Shown here in pieces: positions 28,109-37,533 of a stretch of 39,402 nt of DNA. The notes beneath the pieces were generated by a model. It worked only from the letters and a program-made list of their open reading frames with translations. It did no database searches and was not told where the DNA came from. Made by a program: the position numbers and the translations under genes. Source of the DNA: a virus (taxonomy: Duplodnaviria > Heunggongvirae > Uroviricota > Caudoviricetes); the IMG/VR virus record IMGVR_UViG_2541047754_000004; one strand, written 5' to 3'. Each line of letters opens with the position of its first letter. Position 1 is the first letter of the stretch.

Positions 28109-28134
28109 ATGTCTGAAAGCGCACTCGCAACAGC

Positions 28135-28317
28135 GTGCTCCCCGATATGAAAAAAGGAATACAACCGATGAAACCTGAACACATCCATCGACTGACGGGG
28201 CGCGATGTTCTCCGTTATCGCAGTAAAAACTTCGATTTGATGACCGGTCTGGCCGTTGCCACTGCGCTCGGTCTGATCATCACTTTCATTCTCCTTGTAG
28301 CGAGGACCACAGTATGA
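28135..28317 (+). CDS. Small C-terminally membrane-anchored protein
   Basis: 49-60 aa depending on start; C-terminal hydrophobic helix LAVATALGLIITFILLVA; ATGA coupling to next gene. Confidence 0.45.
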   Translation: MLPDMKKGIQPMKPEHIHRLTGRDVLRYRSKNFDLMTGLAVATALGLIITFILLVARTTV

Positions 28318-29216
28318 GTTTAGAAACCAGTCTAGAACTTAATAATCAACTTCTGGCACAACATAATGCGCTGCTTGAACGTCTTATCCGCACAATGGCA
28401 TCAGGCATTGTTATGCATCCTGACACGATTTCACGAGTGCAGGAATGTCGGGATACAGCAACTGAAACTGAAAATATGTCAGCGGCAATGACACTGGATG
28501 ATCTGGAGTTCAGCGACGTTATCGCACTGGCTGGTTTCTACCCGGTAGCCACCCCTATCACAGAAGACATGCTGCAACGTGCTGTTGCCTACCGTGATGC
28601 TGAAGGCGATAAACGAGTAGTTCAGATTGATGCTCTCGACAGCGCATTGCAGGGCGTCAAACGAGCCAGGGCGCTGCTTAAACCTGCTCTCCTGGACCTG
28701 TCCCGTAACATCCTTAAGTTCTGGGACGACCTGCCAACCATCGGCGAGCGACGTGCTTTTGCCGAGCAGCTACTTGATGCACCTGCGGATGGGCGTGATG
28801 AAGTTAAGCCGAAAAAGGCCAGTAACAAAGATGGAGAACGCACGGGGCCGTTTTACGTCAAAAATGTATCCGGCACAGCAGCCAGTGAACTCCACACCTT
28901 ACGCAAGTTGAACGAGATGCTTAAAAAAGGCCATATCGAGATCAACCGTGTTGAGTACCTTCAGCTGCAGGAAGAATTTGCACGCAGAGACGCAGCAAAT
29001 TCCAGCCAGAATAATGACGCCAAAGATGACCATACAATTGATTTCGCGGCACTACGCAAACAAGCTGAAGGGTTGATCCTCCAGTTAGCAAAAGGGGGTT
29101 ACCGGGCAGAAGCTATTGCAATTCTGGAAAAACAGGGAGCCAGGAAACTTGGTGAAGTAACGGATGAAAATCTCGCTGAAGTAATCACCCTGGCTGAAAA
29201 AGCACTGGAGGGTTAA
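28314..29216 (+). CDS. Hypothetical early protein
   Basis: 300 aa; no motif recognised; first gene of the coupled replication block. Confidence 0.55.
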   Translation: MSLETSLELNNQLLAQHNALLERLIRTMASGIVMHPDTISRVQECRDTATETENMSAAMTLDDLEFSDVIALAGFYPVATPITEDMLQRAVAYRDAEGDKRVVQIDALDSALQGVKRARALLKPALLDLSRNILKFWDDLPTIGERRAFAEQLLDAPADGRDEVKPKKASNKDGERTGPFYVKNVSGTAASELHTLRKLNEMLKKGHIEINRVEYLQLQEEFARRDAANSSQNNDAKDDHTIDFAALRKQAEGLILQLAKGGYRAEAIAILEKQGARKLGEVTDENLAEVITLAEKALEG

Positions 29217-29218
29217 TC

Positions 29219-30520
29219 ATGCCAGACGTTCACGCACAACTTTCTCCATCATCAGCGCATCGATGGATGCGCTGCCCAGGAAGTCTGGCGCTGGAGGCCA
29301 CACAACCGGATAAAGAAACAACTTTTGCAATCGAGGGCACTGCAGCGCACGCGCTTGCTGAAAAAGTTCTACGAAACAGGCAAAGCCACCCGGAACACTA
29401 CGCCGGATGCAATGTTTCTATGTTTCTCGGCTCATACCCCCTTCGCGAAAATCCTGATGATAAATCGGGCCCACAGGTGGATGATGAAATGGTCGAAGCC
29501 GTCGGCCGGTATGTTGATACGGTCTGGACTCTTGCAAAGAATAATGAACTATTGGTTGAACAACGTGTTGATTTCTCACATATAACGGGTGTGGAAGAAT
29601 CTTTCGGAACTGCCGACGGCATAATCATCGCTGGTAACGAATTACAAATCCACGACCTGAAATATGGCAAAGGCGTCCGCATTGATGCAGAACAAAATGA
29701 GCAACTACAACTGTATGCTCTGGGTGCGCTTGAACAATTCAGCATGCTGTATGACTTTGAAACTGTAAGATTATTTATTCACCAACCAAGGCTCAACCAC
29801 GTTTCAGAATGGTCGTTAACCGTACAGGAACTTCAGTCTTTCGGTGAACGGGCGCTGGAGGCCGCAACCAGTGCGATCCTTGTTCTCAATATTGCTGAAT
29901 GCGAAGGCATTGAGACACTACCGCTGGAAAACTTCATACCTGGAGAAAAACAGTGCCGCTTCTGTAAAGCAAAAGCTATTTGCACTGCCCAGAAAATGCA
30001 GCATTTACAAACAGCGGCCAGCGATTTTGAAGATCTGACAAAGCCTGTCAGCGAAATAATCACCAATGCCAGCGCACGTGTACCTCTGTTAACCATTGAG
30101 CAGCTTGCAGAGATCTATAGCCAGGCCGACTTTATTGAATCCTGGCTAAAGGCAGTACGGGACCGGGTTCACAATGAACTCAATGCCGGACATCCGGTAC
30201 CGGGGTTTAAACTGGTAACAGGAAAACAAGGTAACCGGGCCTGGAGTGACGAAGAGGCAGCTCGCGCACTTCTGAAGGACCAGTTCAGGTACAAAACTGA
30301 AGAAGTATTCGACTTTAAACTTATTAGTCCCACAAAAGCCGAAAAACTTATCAAAAAGGCCAGTCCGCGCCGTTGGTCAAAAGTCGAGGCACTGATAACA
30401 CGAGCTGATGGTAAACCAACCGTCGTTCCCGAGTCAGACCCACGCCCCGCACTCAATATCAACCCTGTAAATGATTTCGACGACGTATCCGACGATACGC
30501 TAACCGCAGACCTCATCTGA
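29219..30520 (+). CDS. Cas4-like PD-(D/E)XK nuclease (DUF2800-type)
   Basis: 433 aa; N-terminal [22 protein letters not shown] nuclease core, C-terminal [10 protein letters not shown] cysteine cluster. Confidence 0.8.
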   Translation: MPDVHAQLSPSSAHRWMRCPGSLALEATQPDKETTFAIEGTAAHALAEKVLRNRQSHPEHYAGCNVSMFLGSYPLRENPDDKSGPQVDDEMVEAVGRYVDTVWTLAKNNELLVEQRVDFSHITGVEESFGTADGIIIAGNELQIHDLKYGKGVRIDAEQNEQLQLYALGALEQFSMLYDFETVRLFIHQPRLNHVSEWSLTVQELQSFGERALEAATSAILVLNIAECEGIETLPLENFIPGEKQCRFCKAKAICTAQKMQHLQTAASDFEDLTKPVSEIITNASARVPLLTIEQLAEIYSQADFIESWLKAVRDRVHNELNAGHPVPGFKLVTGKQGNRAWSDEEAARALLKDQFRYKTEEVFDFKLISPTKAEKLIKKASPRRWSKVEALITRADGKPTVVPESDPRPALNINPVNDFDDVSDDTLTADLI

Positions 30521-30535
30521 TTTAAGGAAATACCC

Positions 30536-31084
30536 ATGAAACTGAAGCTGAACAATGTTCGTCTGGCCTTCCCGTCTCTGTTTGAAGCTAAAACAGTAAA
30601 CGGCGAAGGCGATCCACGTTTCTCCGCAGTATTTTTAATGTCACCCAAACACCCACAACTGGAAGAAATCCGTAAAGCTATGAAGCAGGTAGCGAAGGAA
30701 AAATGGGGGGAGAAGTGGGAGTCCATTTATAACCAGCTGGAGAAAAAACTCAATCTGTGCCTGCATGATGGTGATGAAAAAGCAGAGTATGAAGGCTTCC
30801 CCGGCAATTTCTTCCTGAATGCTGCTAACAAAGCGCGCCCAGCTGTTCTTGATCGCGATCGTTCGCCACTTATTCAGGCTGATGGACGTCCCTATGCAGG
30901 GTGCTATGTAAACGCCGTTATCGATATCTGGGCACAGGACAATAATTTCGGTAAACGCATTAATGCCTCACTCGGCGGAGTCCAGTTCCTGCGAGACGGC
31001 GATGCATTCGCTGGCGGCGGAGTGGCAAGCGCTGACGATTTCGACGATATCAGCGAAGGCGCAGACGCCGATACGCTCATTTGA
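30536..31084 (+). CDS. DUF2815-type protein (putative ssDNA-binding) of the PolA module
   Basis: 182 aa; acidic C-terminal tail DDFDDISEGADADTLI; conserved position after DUF2800. Confidence 0.72.
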   Translation: MKLKLNNVRLAFPSLFEAKTVNGEGDPRFSAVFLMSPKHPQLEEIRKAMKQVAKEKWGEKWESIYNQLEKKLNLCLHDGDEKAEYEGFPGNFFLNAANKARPAVLDRDRSPLIQADGRPYAGCYVNAVIDIWAQDNNFGKRINASLGGVQFLRDGDAFAGGGVASADDFDDISEGADADTLI

Positions 31085-31099
31085 GTAACAATGCAGCCC

Positions 31100-31600
31100 T
31101 CATTGAATTGGGGGCTGTTTAGATTCCTGTTCCTCTTTCAATGAACGAACTTTGCTATCATATATCCTGAGTGCATATTCGTTAATTTGCCTAGTTAAAT
31201 CGGAATCTAGCTTATAATATTTTTCAGCCCACTCAATTAAATTCTTCCTCATTATTATCTTCGGTTCAATTTTATTAATTCTATTTAAATGCATATCACG
31301 ACCGCGTTCAAAATTAAGATATGCTTGTTCACTAACGCCCTGTCCATCGATTGTGTAGGTAGTACCACTTGCACGGAAAGAGAGATGAGTCTTTTTACCA
31401 GCATATCTTTCATTATGTATAGCTTTATCGGTATTCACTATTCGAAGCCATGTCCAAAACTCATCATTAAGAATGTATTTATCAATTATTTTTAATATTA
31501 AAAAATCTCTACCTATTAGTAATAGAGGCATCAAAAAATAAACCCCAAGAAAACTCAACGCCGCTGTAATAATAGTTGAAAAAGATATTGATAACTCCAT
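31100..31600 (-). CDS. Membrane-anchored hypothetical protein (cargo gene)
   Basis: About 166 aa from ATG at 31600 (GGAG upstream); one N-terminal TM helix; AT-rich; opposite strand to flanking replication genes. Confidence 0.6.
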   Translation of the reverse strand: MELSISFSTIITAALSFLGVYFLMPLLLIGRDFLILKIIDKYILNDEFWTWLRIVNTDKAIHNERYAGKKTHLSFRASGTTYTIDGQGVSEQAYLNFERGRDMHLNRINKIEPKIIMRKNLIEWAEKYYKLDSDLTRQINEYALRIYDSKVRSLKEEQESKQPPIQ

Positions 31601-31621
31601 TTTACTCTCCAAAGGTTAGAC

Positions 31622-33685
31622 ATGAACAATATACTATGGGGCGACCTGGAAACCTATTGCGAAATCCCGATTACGAACGGCACCCATGCGTATGCCGAAG
31701 GCGTTGAAGTGATGCTTTTCGCATGGGCTATCAACGACGGGCCAGTAAACGTGTGGGATATCACTGCCGGAGGTGGTATTCCACACGGCTTATACGAAGC
31801 AATCGCAGACCCTGAAACCCTGCTTTATTTCCATAACTCTCACTTCGACCGCACCGTTCTGCGTTATGCAATGCCGCGACTGGCACCGCCAGTCGAACGT
31901 TGGCGCGACACGATGGTGCAGGCGCTGGCGCACGGTCTCCCGGGGGCTCTGGGGGAACTCTGCGAAGTACTAGGCGTCCCGCAAGACAAAGCGAAGGACA
32001 AAGAAGGTAAAGCGCTGATCCAGCTGTTCTGTAAGCCACGCCCGAAAAACAGCAAACTGCGTCGGGCCACCAGTAAAACCCACCCGGAAGAATGGCGGCG
32101 CTTTGTTGCTTACGCCGGACTGGATATCGAGGCAATGCGCGAAGTCTATAAACGTCTGCCGAAGTGGAATTATCAGGGGACAGAACTGGCGCTCTGGCAT
32201 CGTGATCAGCAGATCAATGACCGGGGCGTCTGCATGGACATGCAACTCGCACGCGCTGCGATCGAAGCGGTAGACCAAGAACAAAAGCGCCTGGCAAAGC
32301 GTACACAGGAAATGACTGATGGCGAAGTGCAGGCAGCCACACAACGAGACGCGTTGATTAAGCACATTGTTGAATCCTACGGTGTGGAGCTACCAGACAT
32401 GCAACGCAGTACTCTGGAACGTCGTATTGCCGACCCCGATTTACCATCTGCCGTGAAAGAACTGCTGGCTATCCGCCTGCAAGCCAGTACTACCAGCACC
32501 AGTAAATACAAGGCACTGATGAAAGGCGTAAGCCACGACGGGCGCTTACGCGGTACGCTACAGTTCTGCGGGGCGTCACGTACCGGTCGTTGGGCCGGAC
32601 GGCTATTCCAGCCCCAGAACCTTCCCCGCCCTTCACTAAAACAGGAACAAATAGACGAAGGCATCGAAGCACTGAAAGCCGGATGTGCAGACCTGCTGTT
32701 TGACAATATCATGGAACTAACCAGTTCAGCGTTACGTGGCTGCATTATCGCGCCAACAGGCAAAAAACTGGTGGTAAGTGACTTGTCAAACATTGAAGGC
32801 CGTATGCTGGCATGGCTGGCGGGAGAGGAATGGAAACTGAATGCATTCAGAGAGTACGACGCCGGAACGGGTCCGGACTTATATAAACTGGCGTATGCAA
32901 AAGCTTTCGATATTGCACCAGATGATGTTGATAAACACATGCGTCAGATCGGTAAAGTCATGGAACTCGGTCTGGGTTATGGAGGTGGTGTAGCGGCTTT
33001 CATCACTTTTGCTCTGGTTTACGGTCTCGATCTCGACGAGCTGGCGAACGCCGCACTGCCAAACATTCCCCGCGATGTTATCCGCGAGGCGAAAAGCTGG
33101 TACGACGAATCGGTTAAACGCAAGTCAACCTACGGGCTTTCTGAACGGGTATTTATCGCCTGCGACTCACTTAAACGTCTCTGGCGCAGGGCGCACCCGG
33201 CGACCTGCGATTTCTGGTACGAACTGGAGCGCACCGTCCGCACAGCAATCGCCACACCGCAAAAAACATTGTATTGCGGCTATCTTAAAATCCGACGTGA
33301 TGGCGCGTGGCTGCGCATACAGCTACCATCCGGACGCGCTGTATGCTACCCGTCTCCGGTTATCGAAAAAGGGAATATCACCTACATGGGTGTTAACTCT
33401 TATTCGCGTAAATGGCAACGACTCAAAACCTACGGCGGAAAGCTGGTGGAGAACGTCACCCAGGCAGCCGCCCGCGACGTTCTGGCCGGAAACATGCCGC
33501 TTATCGAAGATGCCGGTTACAGTATTGTGTTGACGGTACACGACGAGGTGATCACCGAAGCACCTGACACAGAAGATTTCAACGATAAAGCGCTTTCCGC
33601 GCTTCTCTCCACTAACCCCGAATGGGCACCCGATATTCCGCTGAATGCTGGCGGCTTTGAGGCGTACCACTACCGTAAGGAGTAA
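31622..33685 (+). CDS. Family-A DNA polymerase with 3'-5' exonuclease domain
   Basis: 687 aa; exo motif WGDLETY, motif [17 protein letters not shown], motif C TVHDEV. Confidence 0.9.
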   Translation: MNNILWGDLETYCEIPITNGTHAYAEGVEVMLFAWAINDGPVNVWDITAGGGIPHGLYEAIADPETLLYFHNSHFDRTVLRYAMPRLAPPVERWRDTMVQALAHGLPGALGELCEVLGVPQDKAKDKEGKALIQLFCKPRPKNSKLRRATSKTHPEEWRRFVAYAGLDIEAMREVYKRLPKWNYQGTELALWHRDQQINDRGVCMDMQLARAAIEAVDQEQKRLAKRTQEMTDGEVQAATQRDALIKHIVESYGVELPDMQRSTLERRIADPDLPSAVKELLAIRLQASTTSTSKYKALMKGVSHDGRLRGTLQFCGASRTGRWAGRLFQPQNLPRPSLKQEQIDEGIEALKAGCADLLFDNIMELTSSALRGCIIAPTGKKLVVSDLSNIEGRMLAWLAGEEWKLNAFREYDAGTGPDLYKLAYAKAFDIAPDDVDKHMRQIGKVMELGLGYGGGVAAFITFALVYGLDLDELANAALPNIPRDVIREAKSWYDESVKRKSTYGLSERVFIACDSLKRLWRRAHPATCDFWYELERTVRTAIATPQKTLYCGYLKIRRDGAWLRIQLPSGRAVCYPSPVIEKGNITYMGVNSYSRKWQRLKTYGGKLVENVTQAAARDVLAGNMPLIEDAGYSIVLTVHDEVITEAPDTEDFNDKALSALLSTNPEWAPDIPLNAGGFEAYHYRKE

Positions 33686-33692
33686 TACAAAG

Positions 33693-34721
33693 TCACTTAA
33701 AATCCCTAGATAACATCTGCGAAGCAGCTGATGCTGTATAAACTCCAGTATGTTTTATTTCTGCAGCTATTTTGTAGCCATCCTCCTTAAACTGCGTAAG
33801 CATTGAGCTTAAGGAACCAAGTTTTTTAGTATTCAACACCATTCTAACGACAGTTCCTTCATGATAATGACCTAACTCTATATGCTTCTTTCCGTGTTCA
33901 TCTAGATATATTGCATGGTCACCGCTACAAATAAGAAAACTACCGCCAAGTTTACATATACGGCTGATCATATAAAGGCCAAATCCCGAATTATGCCAAG
34001 GATTTCTTGTATTGATTCTCGCCCCCTTAAAATTTTTACTAGAAATAGATGGCATTAACGCTAACTGAATGGCTTCAGAATCATTATCAGCTTCTATATA
34101 AGGGTTCTTCGATAGAGATTTTTTCATTCCTATACCATTATCAGAAATTGTTATTTCAACACGGTCATAAGAAGGCCAATACTGTGCACAATATTCAATC
34201 ACCTTTGAATCACTATGTTCCACAACATTACGCATAATTTCCCTAATAGAAAATGTCAAAGCATCAATGAGGTCGCCTTCTTCTTGGCGAGCAAGAATCT
34301 TTGCTAATTTACCAGATCGTTCCTCAACTATCTCTTGCACCTCAGTATATTTATCGTTAGCTTCATCTATAACTGTTTGAACACGAAGAATTGTAAATGG
34401 AACAAAATTATTATTTCCATCTGTACATCCCGGTTCACGGCCATGCTTTAACCCGAAGGCTCGAAAGAATGCCATATTTGCGGCATAATCCTTATTCTCA
34501 TGCCCGCTACAAAAAAGTTTAAAACCATCAATGTTCTTTTTCTGTTTTCGATGGAAGTCTCGAATATGCTTAGCAACATAAACCATTGTAAATGGTTCAA
34601 TCCTTCCCATATGCGAAAAATCGATTGTTATTTGCTGTTGACCTGAATGTTTTTCAATTTCATTGCAAAAATTAAATATCTTTTCAGGATTACATGAAGA
34701 GGGAAATAAGATTCGTGACAT
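33693..34721 (-). CDS. GHKL (histidine-kinase-like) ATPase domain protein with unknown N-terminal domain (cargo gene)
   Basis: 342 aa; ATG at 34721 with AAGGA upstream; motifs RNVVEHS, ITISDNGIGM, NSGFGLYMISR; AT-rich; opposite strand. Confidence 0.7.
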   Translation of the reverse strand: MSRILFPSSCNPEKIFNFCNEIEKHSGQQQITIDFSHMGRIEPFTMVYVAKHIRDFHRKQKKNIDGFKLFCSGHENKDYAANMAFFRAFGLKHGREPGCTDGNNNFVPFTILRVQTVIDEANDKYTEVQEIVEERSGKLAKILARQEEGDLIDALTFSIREIMRNVVEHSDSKVIEYCAQYWPSYDRVEITISDNGIGMKKSLSKNPYIEADNDSEAIQLALMPSISSKNFKGARINTRNPWHNSGFGLYMISRICKLGGSFLICSGDHAIYLDEHGKKHIELGHYHEGTVVRMVLNTKKLGSLSSMLTQFKEDGYKIAAEIKHTGVYTASAASQMLSRDFK

Positions 34722-34781
34722 ATTAATTCCTTATACTTGTTTTATTTGATACTACCCAATAAGTGTTAACAAGGCAAATTT

Positions 34782-35069
34782 ATGTCTTATGAACGTGAGA
34801 GCCTTATCGAAAAGCACCTCGTCGCTGAAGTGAAAAAGGCTGGCGGTGTGGCCTTTAAGTTCGTATCTCCCGGTCGCCGCTCGGTACCGGATCGCATTGT
34901 TCTGCTACCCGGCGGCCGTCTTGTTTTCGTTGAATGCAAAGCACCCGGCAAAGCACCACGCGCCGACCAGTTGCGCGAGCACGAGCGGCTGCGCGAGCTG
35001 GGCTTTACCGTGGTGGTGCTGGATAGCAAAAATCTGGAGGAAATTATTTTAAGCCGCAATAAAAGATAA
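34782..35069 (+). CDS. VRR-NUC domain nuclease
   Basis: 95 aa; PDRIVL...FVECKAP (D...ExK). Confidence 0.8.
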   Translation: MSYERESLIEKHLVAEVKKAGGVAFKFVSPGRRSVPDRIVLLPGGRLVFVECKAPGKAPRADQLREHERLRELGFTVVVLDSKNLEEIILSRNKR

Positions 35070-35081
35070 AAGACTTATGCT

Positions 35082-35879
35082 TTAATCCGTATTTTTAACA
35101 CGTGTTTCGAAACACTCTTTTAATTTAGCTATTTCCTTTTTAGAGGACATGACTGTGAATTTCATCCCTTTTAAATCATTAACAAATTCAAATTTTGCGC
35201 TATTGGACTCACAATCACCAACAACAAAACCACTACCAAATGAATTGAGCAACACTTTAGTATTACTACCATCTACCATATAATATTCGTTATTTTTAAA
35301 TGCAGTAACCTTCCCGAAGGTATAGCTCAATATCAATAATGTCATCACCCCTAAAGGAAAAGCTGATTTTAGGATTTTTAAATCGATATAATAAAATACG
35401 TCTTTATACTCTGCAAGCCTCCCAAATTTTCTAATGCTATCCATATGATGTTCGTGTCTCTTACTATGGATTGACGCGGACACCGCATTGTGGTAATTCA
35501 ACAAAAGCAGAGCAAATAATAAAATATCTCCAACACTCATCACAGAGGTTTCGGAGAAATAACCAAAAGGCCAATGGAATCCTATTATGTAAAAATTAGG
35601 TATTAGCATAACCACTATAAATATAATAAATGGAACATAATATTTCCCTTTCAAATCAAACATCAATGTCGCGTATAAGGCACCGAGAAATAAAAAACTA
35701 AAAAACAAAAGCCATACAGCCGAATACAATAGCGTATTTAAATCTATTTTAATAAAAAGGGCTGGATAGCCATAATACGATGCAACACCTTTCTGAAAAG
35801 AATATGCCATCGCATAAGCTAACGCTGAAAAAACAGTTAATAAAGAAACTTGTTTTGTAAGTATTTTTGCCAGGGGCAT
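35082..35879 (-). CDS. Polytopic membrane protein with soluble C-terminal domain (cargo gene)
   Basis: 265 aa; ATG at 35879 with GGAGG upstream; several hydrophobic helices in first about 150 aa; AT-rich; opposite strand. Confidence 0.65.
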   Translation of the reverse strand: MPLAKILTKQVSLLTVFSALAYAMAYSFQKGVASYYGYPALFIKIDLNTLLYSAVWLLFFSFLFLGALYATLMFDLKGKYYVPFIIFIVVMLIPNFYIIGFHWPFGYFSETSVMSVGDILLFALLLLNYHNAVSASIHSKRHEHHMDSIRKFGRLAEYKDVFYYIDLKILKSAFPLGVMTLLILSYTFGKVTAFKNNEYYMVDGSNTKVLLNSFGSGFVVGDCESNSAKFEFVNDLKGMKFTVMSSKKEIAKLKECFETRVKNTD

Positions 35880-35941
35880 ACCCGCCTCCGTTAGTTATAT
35901 ATAGAGAGAGAATTGACACATATTCTACCATAGGTATATTA

Positions 35942-37336
35942 ATGAATAACATATTCCACCCCCGACTTTATCAAAACCTCATAATCAATCACCAAACCGA
36001 CATTCTGCGCGGCAACATCTGGGCAGGGATGGGGATGGGTAAAACCGTAGCGACACTCACCACGCTGGAAGATCTTTTCATGGCTGGAGCAGAAACACAC
36101 CCCGCGCTGGTCCTCGCGCCGCTACGCGTTGCAGCAAGCACCTGGCCTGATGAAGCTGTTAAATGGGGGCATCTGCGTAATATTGAGGTACAGCCGATCA
36201 TCGGTAACGCCAAAGCGCGCTCTACGGCGCTGGCGAACAGCAACGCGAGCGTGTTCACCATCAACTACGATAACCTTGTCTGGCTGGTTGAAGAATTGGG
36301 AGAACGATGGCCGTTCGGAACTGTCATTCCAGATGAAAGCACCCGGCTAAAATCCTTCCGGCTGCGAGGTGGTGGTAAGCGCGCGGCGGCGCTGGGCAAA
36401 GTGGCGCATAAGTATGTCCGGCGCTGGATAAATCTCACCGGTACGCCAGCACCGAACGGCCTGGTAGATTTGTGGGGACAATCGTGGTTTGTGGACCAAG
36501 GGCAACGTCTCGGGCGCACTTACGGCGCGTTTACCTCACGCTGGTTCAACTCGATACAGTTTCCGGGACAGAGCTGGACTAAACTGGAACCTTTTGCTCA
36601 CTCACAGGGTGAAATACAGCGAGCATTAGCCGATGTGACCCTCTCGCTGGATGCGGCCGACTGGTTCGATATCAAAGACCCCATCCATAACGTAATCCGC
36701 GTGGATATGCCCCCGAAGGCCCGTCAGCAGTATCGTGAAATGGAAAAGGAAATGTTCCTCGAGCTGAATAGCGAAGGCATCGAAGCACCGAACGCCGCGG
36801 CAAAGACACTGAAGTGTCTTCAAATCGCTAGTGGCGCAGTATACACAGACGACACCGGAAGTTGGTCAGAACTGCATGACACCAAACTACAGGCGCTGGA
36901 CAGCATACTGACCGAAGCAGCTGGCGCACCTGTGCTGGTTGCTTATCACTGGAAACACGATCTTGAACGCTTGCTTAAAGCATTCCCTCGCGGTCGTCAC
37001 CTCGACCAGGATCCACAGACACTGCGCGACTGGAATTCCGGAAAGATTCCTGTTCTCTTTGCACACCCAGCCAGCGCGGGCCACGGCCTGAACATGCAGG
37101 ACGGCGGAAATATACTGGTATTTTTCTCACACTGGTGGGACCTGGAGCAATATCAGCAAATTATTGAACGTATCGGCCCCACCAGGCAGATACAGGCCGG
37201 ACACAATCGTCCGGTATTTATTCACCACATTATTGCTGCCGACACTATGGACGAAATGGTGATGGAGCGGCGCAACTCAAAACGAACAGTGCAGGACATC
37301 CTGCTCGATGCCATGAAAAAGAGAGGTATAGCATGA
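35942..37336 (+). CDS. SNF2/DEAD-like superfamily-2 helicase
   Basis: About 464 aa from ATG at 35942; GMGMGKT (motif I), VIPDES (II), LTGTP (III), AGHGLN (VI); start uncertain (ORF track gives TTG at 35867). Confidence 0.82.
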   Translation: MNNIFHPRLYQNLIINHQTDILRGNIWAGMGMGKTVATLTTLEDLFMAGAETHPALVLAPLRVAASTWPDEAVKWGHLRNIEVQPIIGNAKARSTALANSNASVFTINYDNLVWLVEELGERWPFGTVIPDESTRLKSFRLRGGGKRAAALGKVAHKYVRRWINLTGTPAPNGLVDLWGQSWFVDQGQRLGRTYGAFTSRWFNSIQFPGQSWTKLEPFAHSQGEIQRALADVTLSLDAADWFDIKDPIHNVIRVDMPPKARQQYREMEKEMFLELNSEGIEAPNAAAKTLKCLQIASGAVYTDDTGSWSELHDTKLQALDSILTEAAGAPVLVAYHWKHDLERLLKAFPRGRHLDQDPQTLRDWNSGKIPVLFAHPASAGHGLNMQDGGNILVFFSHWWDLEQYQQIIERIGPTRQIQAGHNRPVFIHHIIAADTMDEMVMERRNSKRTVQDILLDAMKKRGIA

Positions 37337-37533
37337 GCGAGAAACCCGACGATTTACTCACCCCGGATGAAGTATGCCAAAAGTTAGGTATTACACAGAA
37401 AACGCTATGTGAGTGGAATATTAAGCATCGTCATCGGGCTATCCTGGCACCAATTCGTTTCAGTGCAAAAGTAGTTCGTTATGAGCGCCGAAATGTCGAC
37501 GCTTTTATTCAAAAATGTCGCAGCCAGTATTAA
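37333..37533 (+). CDS. AlpA/Xis-like small DNA-binding protein (putative excisionase)
   Basis: 66 aa; LTPDEVCQKLGITQKTLCEW HTH; ATGA coupled to helicase; adjacent to integrase. Confidence 0.7.
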   Translation: MSEKPDDLLTPDEVCQKLGITQKTLCEWNIKHRHRAILAPIRFSAKVVRYERRNVDAFIQKCRSQY

